Positions 9,179 to 19,178 of a stretch of 64,000 nucleotides of DNA are shown here, piece by piece. This stretch comes from Schmidtea polychroa (Eukaryota). Where the stretch lies: positions 47,058,001 through 47,122,000 of the forward strand of contig CM097888.1 in NCBI GenBank assembly GCA_044892525.1, given 5' to 3'. Position 1 is the first letter of the stretch, and every line of letters begins with the position of its first letter. A model generated the notes under the pieces. That model had not been told where the DNA came from. It did no database searches and was given only the letters and a program-made list of their open reading frames with translations. The translations under genes and the position numbers were made by a program.

Positions 9179-9805
9179 ATGTGGTTCGGAGCAACCTTGG
9201 TGACAATAATGATGATAGCGATAAACGGGATACCCATGTGGCAACCAATCCCAACACTCTGGGAGAATCCCGAGAAACAGCAAAACTCGTTAACCAAACT
9301 AAAAAGCGCAAGAAAGCTCTGCAACAACATCCCGAAACAATGCTGGAACAAAGCCGTCTGGCAAAAACTTCAAATGCAACTCCACCTACAAACCCAAAAA
9401 ATCGAACAGCTCGAAACTCTCTTACAAGAACAAACCACCCAACAATCCTTGAAGGAAATCATCATGAAGAAGGAAGTAAAAGAAAGCCAAGTCTTACTCT
9501 ATACTACCATCAGTGAAACCCTTATCATCTGCGCACTAGTCATCTGGAAAGCGTATGATATTCATCGAACATGGAGAAGAAACCAGTCACTATCCGAAAA
9601 ACACGAAAGAAAGAACCCACGATCGAAAAATAAATATAAACGAGCAGTACATTTTCAACAACCAAACCCACCCGACCAAATGCAACAAAATCTATCTCCT
9701 GACCAAATGCCTGTTACAATCCAGCTCCCCACGATAACAACTTCAACCAGCCATCCGACCCAGAATTCAACTAACCAAGACATTCCGAACCTTGAGATCA
9801 TGTGA
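9179..9805 (+). CDS. Retroelement accessory ORF, 208-aa predicted membrane protein (N-terminal signal/TM, coiled coil, second TM, P/Q/T-rich tail)
   Basis: Hydrophobic MWFGATLVTIMMIAING; heptad LQMQLHLQTQKIEQLETLLQE; hydrophobic VLLYTTISETLIICALVIW followed by basic residues. Confidence 0.7.
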   Translation: MWFGATLVTIMMIAINGIPMWQPIPTLWENPEKQQNSLTKLKSARKLCNNIPKQCWNKAVWQKLQMQLHLQTQKIEQLETLLQEQTTQQSLKEIIMKKEVKESQVLLYTTISETLIICALVIWKAYDIHRTWRRNQSLSEKHERKNPRSKNKYKRAVHFQQPNPPDQMQQNLSPDQMPVTIQLPTITTSTSHPTQNSTNQDIPNLEIM

Positions 9806-10530
9806 CATCGACCATTCATAAACTTTGTGTGTATAAATCCGGTCACCTAAAGTGGCCACTGCTTGCTTATATTTGTCCTTTTATCTGTTTAATTAAAGTA
9901 TTATTTAGTTATTTTAATTTTATGTTTGTGTGAATGTTGACCGTGAAATTAGTTGTTATGCCGAAAAAAGGTATGAGTTAAACGTATGATATTATATGAA
10001 TTGCGGGGCGCAATTTTAACGGGCCCCGGAGTGATTTGTTGGGCTAAAATGCGGAGTGGAGAAAACTGGAGCGAATAGAAAATAAACCTCGAAAGATAAA
10101 TGAAATAAGATAAAAATATCAAGTACCATAAAAATCTCACTAGTAAATAGGAAGGAACAATAAAATAACAATAAAAGAATAAGAATAAGTAAACAAACTA
10201 AATAAAATCCAATAAACCCCTTAAGATTTAGAAATAAAACGGGTTAAGGTACACAGCGGATAAAATAGAAATAGAATAAGTAAAAAAGTAAAAACAAATA
10301 AACGAGGAATTTAAGAAAATAAATAAAAATAAAACCATCTTAAGTCTAATTAAAACAAAAAATGATATTGCAATAAAATAACAATAAGTCCACAGGAAAA
10401 ATAGGAGAAAAATAAGAAAAATAAATAAAATAATAATAAGAGATAAGTCAGGTCATTAAAAATTTAAAATACGATGATAAAAACATAAAAATAATAATAA
10501 ATAGTAAAAATACAAGCAGGTAGCGTCCTG

Positions 10531-10580
10531 ATTGGACGAAAAATACTATATATGTAACGTGAAAAATTAGACGACAACCA
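10531..10580 (+). promoter_or_regulatory. LTR core promoter: CCAAT box (ATTGG), TATA box, predicted initiator
   Basis: ATTGG 10531-10535, TATATAT 10547-10553, Inr-like CCACTTT about 33 nt downstream; same layout in the solo LTR. Confidence 0.65.
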
Positions 10581-12930
10581 CTTTTAATTTTTCACGATTA
10601 CAGGTAAAATTTTAGAAAAGAACTTAGAACCACTTTTAATTTTTCACGATTACAGAGCATAGACTTCAGATATTTCACCGAATTCAGGACTAGAATCGCA
10701 AACGCCAATTCCAGAGATTTTCAGAATTTAACTTTAATTTAGTCGAGACCATTTTAAATTCGATTTCGTTCCAGTTTTTGAAACTACCGGTAGGCCGATT
10801 GATTTATATGTATTAGTAATTTATTAATGATGAAAAACAAAACTCATTTCGTAAAATAAATTTATTGAAATACAAATGGCCTTTTCTTCATGGTGCCGGC
10901 GACTGTACCATCTGAGAACTCCCAGTATGATGTGGATGAGTTGGAAATGTACCACGGTAGAGAACACAACAGTGGGAAGGTTGACCTTCATAAGAAATCC
11001 CGAAGATGCTGAAAATGAGAATGTGATATTTGCAGAGAAGGATATTTATCATACGAGAAATCCACCAAGGGTATGATGAGGCTGCGGTTGTGTGGAATGA
11101 ATAGCATCATACTTGGAGTCCAAATGATAGGGTCGCCGGGTGAGCTTTATTGATTCATTTATTTTCATTGATTTATTTATTTTTTGATTCATTTACTGCT
11201 ATTCGAGTCATTCATTCCTTTTATTATTCATAAATTGTATATTAAATGTTGATTTTGTGAAAGACGAGTCAAACGGTCCCTCACGACGATGCAAGAACGG
11301 CGGCAGAGATGATTGCCTTCTTGGGTGGGTCATGAGGGGTGAGGAGACTCCGCAGGTGGAATACTGTTGGAAGTGGAATTTCTCACATCGAGCGCGATCT
11401 GATAGAGGATCTTTCGTTTTCTTTTATGAAGTCACGCTGAAGTTTCAGAATAAATAATGCAAATTTCCAAAGTCGGAGACAATTTTTCGGATTGAGATCA
11501 GTAGTTCGTTGTTGTTAGGAAAATTTGCTTTTCCATCGAATATTGATAGATGTCTGAGTAGGGATGGGCGATGAATTGTTAGAGTTTTCACTGGAAGATC
11601 TGCTAAGCACTTAAAAATTGAACCCCGAGAGGTACATTGCAGGGACATTAGCGAGTAAACCCATTCATTGACTAATTTAGACTTTAGCTTGACATTGAAT
11701 ATCTGATAAAGTTTGGTTTGACGTTGACAGCGGCTCGTCTAAAATGGGAAAGTAAACAAATTTTTTGATAAGGAAATAAATCACTTGCCGTGAGTCCGAG
11801 TGAAGATATCAATAGCGATAGGAGAATCATTAGTTGCCCATGGCCAGATAAATTTCCGACGGGGAAAATCGGCTGATAATTTGATAAAGTCATCGAACGA
11901 GTTGATTGAGAAGGCGGCAGTCGATCGAGTGTATTGAGTGGTCTTATCGTGAGTCGACCTAATATCGAAAATCCAGAATATAGAGTAATTTTTATCTACT
12001 GAATCCGCAAGTCACCCACACAATCGAATTTCTTGAGTTTTGGACACACCAACTGAGTACCCGTCTCAACTAGAGCATCTCTCTACAACTCTACCTCTAT
12101 TAATCGCTCGCCCACATGTACACATGCATCACACTCAGATTAGGTCACAGTGCACATGTGGATATCATCATTACCTAATCATAGGGAGAGAGTCGTACAC
12201 TTGAAACTGCTGGTAGACCACTGGATTGCGTCAGAGAACATGGCGATGCGACGAGAAATTTTTTTTTTGTCAGTGTGCAAGTCGCTAGTTAAATGCACCA
12301 ACATGCATCGTGACGAACCCGTCGATAGTTGATGGCATAGATAGACAATCAAATGAACACATAACTGCGCCCAATTTAAGCGTCACTATGACGATGTTTA
12401 TGGCGTTAAATTGAAATAACTAAGTTATGAGCCATGATAAAAATTTAAGCGAGAGTATTATGATTTTCTTACAAACCCGAGGGGCCTACATACAAGACGG
12501 GGTGTCCCGGTAATTGCCGACTTTCCGTTCATCATACAGCACGCGTAGAATTTGATGACGTAGCAGCAAAATGAGTAAAATATAATGGTTAAAATGTAAC
12601 AACGATAATTAAGATAATAGCATTCATAGTAACGAATTAACAGTCATGCAGTAGTTAAAAATAGCCAAACCCATAAAGTAAACCTAAAAGCTAGCATAAT
12701 GAAGTGTCTTCATGAATCCCGTTTTCTTCTCATAAAGTAGTAATGATTTCATGGGTTAGTTTAGATGTTTGAGGTTGCATGAAGGTGAATGTTTGTCGAC
12801 GGGGTAGATTGGTAGGCCACTCTTTGATAACTTGGTCGGGGAGATTCTTAAACTTCATTTTTCCGAAAACATGAATAATGCCCCAGTGAATTTTTTTTAA
12901 TCTAACAATAAAAATTTCTTAACAATTCAG

Positions 12931-13695
12931 ATGAATACCTCAACCAGTTCCGGGAAAACCCTCAGACCTTGCTTTTCCTGTGCTGATAAAAATGCCGATA
13001 TCGCACAGCTCCACTTGTACATAGGGGAATTGAAGAAGAGAATTGACCTCTATGAGGGAACGTGGTTCTCCCCACCACAAATGAAGGAGGAGAAGAGCAA
13101 GATTCTGCGTCTGGAGCACTGCCGTGACAGTCTCCTGGAAGAAAGCAGGTGCCAGAGGTTAACCATAAAGGCCCAATCAGAGGCACTGCACAAGGTGTAT
13201 TCCGAATCAGAACTAGCGAAGCGAGTTCGCGAGTACCCGATACAAGATGGGACTAACGTGTTCCCAATGCACCACAAATTAGCTGAAACCTCATCAATAT
13301 CCAGTTGTAAAGGGCATGGCCCACAAATGCCGCCAATTCCCGCCCCAGTCCTTTCGGGCGATCGACCTATGGCTGGCGGTTCATCGGACCCTATCTTGGC
13401 TCCAGTACTCGTGCCACACCTCCTTCAGTCCCCAGCAGAAGCTACACTTCCCCATCGAAAGCGTAAGCGGCTGACGCGTTCTGAAAAAAATCAGAAGCGT
13501 AGAAATGCCATGGCCGCGCTCGAAGCATCGTTGTCCGCAGCCCAATCGACTATCAAGGAAATTACAGTTACCCATTCCATTCCTACAAAGGAAGTATTCC
13601 GGGTAGTTCCGGCCGACAGTATCAAATTCCTCGAGGATCGCCGGTTGCCCGTTGATATCGACGAGATGCTCGCAGAAGGAGAAGCATTCTCGTAG
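12931..13695 (+). CDS. LTR-encoded 254-aa protein (CxxC, coiled coil, Pro-rich linker, basic NLS-like patch, acidic C-terminus)
   Basis: Intact in both LTR copies; 95 of the first 103 aa identical while most differences are synonymous; ttcag directly before the ATG and a CTAAC branch-like motif at 12902. Confidence 0.85.
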   Translation: MNTSTSSGKTLRPCFSCADKNADIAQLHLYIGELKKRIDLYEGTWFSPPQMKEEKSKILRLEHCRDSLLEESRCQRLTIKAQSEALHKVYSESELAKRVREYPIQDGTNVFPMHHKLAETSSISSCKGHGPQMPPIPAPVLSGDRPMAGGSSDPILAPVLVPHLLQSPAEATLPHRKRKRLTRSEKNQKRRNAMAALEASLSAAQSTIKEITVTHSIPTKEVFRVVPADSIKFLEDRRLPVDIDEMLAEGEAFS

Positions 13696-14575
13696 CAAAT
13701 TCTCTCTCGGGTCTCGATTCCCTGCTATTACGAACGAACTTGAAGAAGCGACGTTATCTCGTGACTAATCTTTAATGTTTTGCATTTACTTAAACAATGC
13801 TGAATGTAATTTGATGTTCCGTTCTAATATAACTGTTCGATTTTCTTTGATTGTGTTAATTGTATGTATGATTTGCTACGGTTGAATTGCATGAGAGAAG
13901 GATCACGAAAATATAGTAGAAACTCAAATGTCGTACCTTTGGACCAGGGTCGGACCGAATGATGCGTAAAGAATGGGTAAGACCTTCTAAGGCACCGTAG
14001 AACCCGAACCGAGAAAGGGTTAGGAGTAGTCCTAAGGCAGGGGCTCACCTGCTAACTCTTTCCAACCCGTGTGAGCAGCACCAACGTGGAAACACCACCA
14101 CGGGCTCATACGTGGGAATATGCGAATGATCATTTGGAGTGTGTGAGGGAATGGTCTGAGCAGAATGATGATACCTGATGTGTATGATAATCATACCTAT
14201 ATATTTTCTTTTCCCCCCACATACGCCAACAAATAATTTGTTGCATAATATATATAAAACAATTTTTTATTATTTAATTTTTATATATTCTTAGTAATAT
14301 CTCTATGAAAATTTTTTCTTAATAATAATTTTAATTAATAAATTTTCTATTTCAGTTTTATTAATCATTAACTTTTCCTAGACGTTTTCCTGGCACTTTG
14401 GTAAAAATATTAGTTAAAATTATTCGATGAAAATACTGATTTTCAATATTAATGAAATTTGAAAGATCAAAATTTTAAAAAATAACTGAAATAAATAGAA
14501 AAACATCTACAAAAATTCAAACTTTATTATCGGTTTAATGTTTTGTTTAACACAATCAATATAATATCTCGATCA

Positions 14576-15175
14576 ATGTTGAAAATAGGATTATTCAAAG
14601 TTTTAAGTAAAATTTGCTCCAATCAATCAAGTAATTAGTGATTTTAAACTTTCTAAATTGATTTTTTTAATTATGAAGCAAAAATAACAATTTTGAGATG
14701 TATGAGCAGTGATCACCATCATTATAACTATCTTGAGTTCGAACCTGAAACAGTACGTAAAATAACATTACGAGTGAGTGATGCAGTGGCTCCTAAACCA
14801 ATTGGTAAAAACCATAAATTTTACACCTATCTCCGTGGTTTTGGAGCTTTATTTGTTTCACTTATTTTCTTTGGTACCACAGGAATGATTTGGATCGAAA
14901 ACTATGGTTTATGTTACGAAATTTTCCATGATCAGAAATATGAAAATTCTGAAAAGGGCCTCGAATTTTATGAGGTTGGTAAAAATTATTTTCATAAGGA
15001 AAGTGATGAACGGGCAGCGGAAATTATGGCTGAAAGAAGAAAAAATTATAGGGAAACTAAAATTATTCCAGGCGTTCAATTGGGAAAAAGTTTAGAAGGT
15101 GATTGGCCAATTCAAGAGTACGAAAACACTGATGAAGCAATATGTTGGATAGATCGCAAATTGGCGGGAAAATAG
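14576..15175 (+). CDS. Host two-exon gene (14576-14630, 14679-15175), 183 aa, probable mitochondrial single-pass membrane protein; family unassigned
   Basis: A 48-nt GT-AG intron joins the frames: MLKIGLFKVLSKICSNQSTKITILRCMSSDHHH (basic, acid-free presequence with an R-C-M-S-S cleavage-like motif); one TM segment GFGALFVSLIFFGTTGMIWI. Confidence 0.7.
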
Positions 15176-16329
15176 ATTCTAGTTTTATTGCTAAATTTCA
15201 ATTTGTTAGTTTATTTGTTCCGATAATCAATAAATATTCTATTTATTTTCATTTATTTTCCCTAAATGTTATACCAATTTCATAGGATTTTACTTTACAT
15301 AATTTCTTACAATTTGATTTGCTAATCCAAAAGTTAATTAATGTTATATATATATATATATATATATACATTTCATATATTATATATTTTTTGGCGAAAA
15401 GTTCAAACTTATAGGAAATGAAAATAATAAAATGAATATAATAATTTCCAACTTTGGCACTTTATTTCAAAAATACAAATTAATTAATTATCTGCACGTC
15501 TTATTTATTAAAGAAAACTCAGTTAAGGCAAATGAACTCAAATTAACGATAACCGTCGAAGAAAGTAGAGTGCACATCGTTCCGGTTAAAGGATTCAAGG
15601 TTGTTATTCACTGATAAAATATAAACCTCAGGACGAAATCATAGTCTTCCATTAAATTAAGGAATTCAATAATTGTGAGAAATTTGGAAATTTTATAATA
15701 CCAAGAGTATTTTTGTGCTGTTTGTTATATAATACAAGGATACAAGGAGTACGATTGAATGTTTATTCTTGCAAAAAAGATATTGGAAACCAAACAATTT
15801 TATCAACCAATTCATTGTGCATATAAAAACTGCATAAAGTTGATAATGCTTACCTTATTTTGTATTTTCTTAATAACTACCTGAGCTGAATTTCTTAGTT
15901 TTTACGCTGTTGGGTTTATATTTATTTAAATCTACTACCTAATATTTGACTCGGTGTCTTTGAATGAAGAGAAAATGAATAAAATTGGTCTTAAAATTAA
16001 TAGATAATTTATGAAAGATTTAGGTTTTGACCATTTTGTGATCAACAGAAAAATATAATTAATATTCATTTCATGAATCTTCAAATTTTCTTTTTTTGTC
16101 AATTTTATTAAGGGTTTTCTCAATTATTTTAAGTTTATCTTCTTTGTTTAAACGCTAGCCATTTGATTGATGAGTATCTACTAAATAGCCAGATTCATAA
16201 ATATTAGACCAAAAATTTTAACACATTTGTTACCAATTTTGGATGAAACATTTCAATTCTCTACACACAAATAACAACATCCGCCTTTACTTTAGTACCT
16301 TTACAGTACGCTGCATGATCATTCAAAAT

Positions 16330-16915
16330 TGGTCGCAAACAATTCATGATATTTCATATCCAAGTGACTCTAAATCGAAAAATTTCCAACTACCATTATA
16401 AAAAAAGACTTTTTAATGGTGAAGTAACAAATAGAAATTGGTTACAATATTCACTTACTAAAGATTCGTTGTTTTGTCTTTGAAAAGGAAAATAAAAAGT
16501 CTGCATCCGTCGCTAAATATGGTTGCAGTGACTGGAAAAATATATCTGCGATACTTTTATTGCATGAAAAAAGTCCAAAAATTTGGAATGCTTTGAAGCA
16601 TGGAAAGAGTTTGAGTTGCGCCTAAAAAGCAGAACTATTGATGATGACAATCTACTGATTATCAACAAGAAGAAAATTATTGACAAGAGATCCTACCACT
16701 GATAATAACTTTTATTCGGATCCTAGGACAACAAAATTTACCATTTCTCGGTACTGGGAGCGATGGAGAAAAATTGTTTACTCGTGACAACGGAAACTTT
16801 TTAAAATTTCTTGAATATCTGGCCATGTTTGATACGCTTATTCAAGACCACTTACGCAAAGTTACAAATAAAGAAATACACAATCATTATCTAGGGAAAT
16901 TTATTCAAAACTAAA
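16330..16915 (+). pseudogene. Decayed hAT (ZMYM1/DUF4371-like, TTF zinc finger) transposase fragment
   Basis: Frameshifted translation: NGEVTNRNWLQYSLTKDSLFC, GCSDWKNIS..LLLHEKS, WKEFELRL, LGQQNLPF.G, DNGNFLKFLEYLAMFD..IQDHL...HYLGKFIQN. Confidence 0.8.
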
Positions 16916-18740
16916 TGACTCTGAATTAATTGTTTAACTTCATTATGAACAGAAATATATGGTATTTATGTAATTCTTAAAATTTAATTAATGTAATGTA
17001 AGTTTAATATAAAAACAATTTTTTTATATATGATTTATTTTTTCGATAGATGGGAAGAGTAGAAGGGGGATATAAATTATTTTGAGCCACCACTGATTGT
17101 TACCTTAATCAAACTTGGTGAAATATTGCAATTCTCCACAAAAAAATAATAACATCCGCCTTTACTTTATATTTTTTCTATCCTCAATAACACTGCAAAA
17201 TCTAAAAAGGTTTTGTCGAAATATCGTGTACGTTAAATATTGTTTTAATTTATACATTAATATTACACTTTTCAAATCTTAAGTTCTTTATAATTGCTAC
17301 CTGAGACTATTGTAAATTATTTTAAGTTTGTTTCTCTTTATATGCTGCACTTATATGTTGTATTAATGAATTTAATAAGCCCTTCACAGTTTTCACCTAC
17401 CGTTTTCTCGAAGTTGAGAAACTTTTTAAAAAATAATAAGTGCCCTACTTGTTACTATCCAAGGTTAAGCTCTATGTTGTCATAGTAATGTATTTTGTTC
17501 GTCTGTTTGTGCATAATTACTTGCTGTTTCGAAGTGATTTTCTACTAAGATGACTAGTGGGAAGTCATTGGGTGGCACAGTGACATCAATGTGAGTAAAG
17601 CGGAAGAGAAAGTGTGAGTTTTTGTAAGTTGTAGTGAAGCTCCTTATGAAGTGCGAGTCAAGTTTCGGACAGTACCGATTGGATGATCTGCAGTTTTTAC
17701 TTTTGTTTTTATAAATAACTTGTTACTTTTCTCTTTTTTGTAATTTTTTTTGCTAATACAAACCTTGTTTCTTTTTCAAATTGATTAACAATTGCTTCCT
17801 TTCATTTTCCTATATTGAAAATCGAATCAAAATATTTCAGAAGAGGCCTTTTTCAAAATTTCTCTTTGGCCAATTAATTTTCTTTTATATATTTCTCCAT
17901 TTTACCTAATCTAATAATTGTAATAAATCAATGACACAAAACCATGGACACGAATCATGCTTTAATTAATGAGTATTGTTCTCAACCGATTCATCATTGC
18001 ATCCAAATTCAATATTAGCTCGATAACTTAGCTGTAAATTTTATCTATTTTTCTGACGTTAAAATTGACAAATTGATTTTTTAATTAATTTATTTTATCA
18101 ATGACATCAATAAATCAATATTTATTTAAATATTAATATTAGATATCGATAATATTAGATATTCGAGCATGAAATTATGGTTGAAACAATTAAAAATCCC
18201 GATTTATCTCGAAGTAAAGAGTAACAGAACTACAAATTATCGCAGTCAAGTAGGGAAAAATTGAAAAACTCCAACTGAACTTTAAAAGCTGCAATTATTG
18301 GCAAATATATTGTAATGTATGAGAAATATTCCAGCTGAACCAGGGATATTTTGGGGCTGACAAATAGAGAAAAAAATGATAAAAGAAATTAAAAAAAGAA
18401 TGCTAAAATATGTCTACATTCGGAAAGACAACAAGAATTGCCATGGACATAAAATATTTCCAATTCTTTTTCCTTATCTTTCGATAGCTTCAAACTTGAT
18501 TGGGAGGAATTTTACGAAATTGATTATTTAATTATTTATATTTGTTTTAATTTTTGAACTGTATTAATTAATAAATTTTTGAAATTCGATTTACAAAAAC
18601 AATATTATACATTAATTTATTGATATCAATGATAATAATTAGATATTTAACCTTTAGCACGATAAATAAGATTTGGGTATCCACGGAAATAGAAATAAAT
18701 AAATAACTGAAAAGTGAAATATATATTTATTTATTTATTA

Positions 18741-18878
18741 AAAAGAGAGTTTGAAGACTATAAATCAGTAATATATCGATGTTTGTTGATAAATTGAAAA
18801 CAAGGCAGTTCCGAAAATTCGTGAGTATCAACAAACATCGATATATTACTGATTTATAGCCTTCAAGATCTCTTTTTA
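18741..18878. repeat. Inverted repeat (hairpin A)
   Basis: Perfect 34-bp arms 18758-18791 and 18826-18859 with a 34-nt loop, extending outward with mismatches. Confidence 0.9.
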
Positions 18879-19037
18879 TAAAAATTCTATGGAAAAAATA
18901 ATCAGTGATGAAACTGGAAGAAAAAAGATTTTACTGTTTTCAAGCTATTTTTAATAAATAATAATAATAATATCAATAATAAAAACAATAATGATATCAA
19001 TAATAATATCAATGATAACAATAATAATAACACAATT

Positions 19038-19178
19038 AAATGATAATTTAAGCCTTTTGCTGCAAATAATGTATTTAATGAAAATATTTTCGACTATAAG
19101 ATAGTCCTTATCAATCTTATAGTCTAAAATATTTTCATTAAATACATTATTTGCAGCAAAAGGCTTAAATTATCATTT
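19038..19178. repeat. Palindromic repeat (hairpin B), related to 23512-23622
   Basis: 65-nt arms 19038-19102 and 19114-19178 with one mismatch and an 11-nt loop. Confidence 0.9.

Larger units (their letters stand above)
1..14231 (+). mobile_element. 3' part of a giant Ty3/Gypsy LTR retroelement (pol C-terminus, accessory ORF cassette, 4.2-kb 3' LTR); 5' part lies left of the window
   Basis: RNase H followed by integrase (Ty3/Gypsy order). The sense strand is uniformly A-rich to about 10.5 kb. The element ends in a TGTTGG...CCAACA LTR homologous to the solo LTR at 56151-60345. The LTR flanks (GATT / AATA) do not form a TSD, so this is the element's own 3' LTR rather than a solo insertion. Confidence 0.93.
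10037..14231 (+). repeat. 3' LTR of the giant retroelement (4195 bp)
   Basis: Starts TGTTGGGCTAAA and ends CATACGCCAACA (TGTTGG/CCAACA inverted termini). Both ends align with the reverse complement of 56151-60345, and homology stops exactly at these termini. Confidence 0.93.

Noticed and set aside
510-9846. Many minus-strand ORFs (e.g. 510-914, 4203-4729, 5307-5702, 8753-9283) opposite the retroelement genes
   Set aside because: Shadows of very A-rich sense ORFs (F/L/S/I-rich, few stops by composition); no motifs.
10576-10655. Direct repeats as a possible CRISPR-like array
   Set aside because: Only two units in a eukaryotic LTR, no spacer array or cas genes.
10876-12332. Short ORFs and GC-richer blocks in the LTR middle, with apparent splice sites on both strands
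   Set aside because: Alignable blocks between the two LTRs contain frame-breaking indels and no shared open frame, unlike the 12931 ORF; kept only as non-coding conservation.
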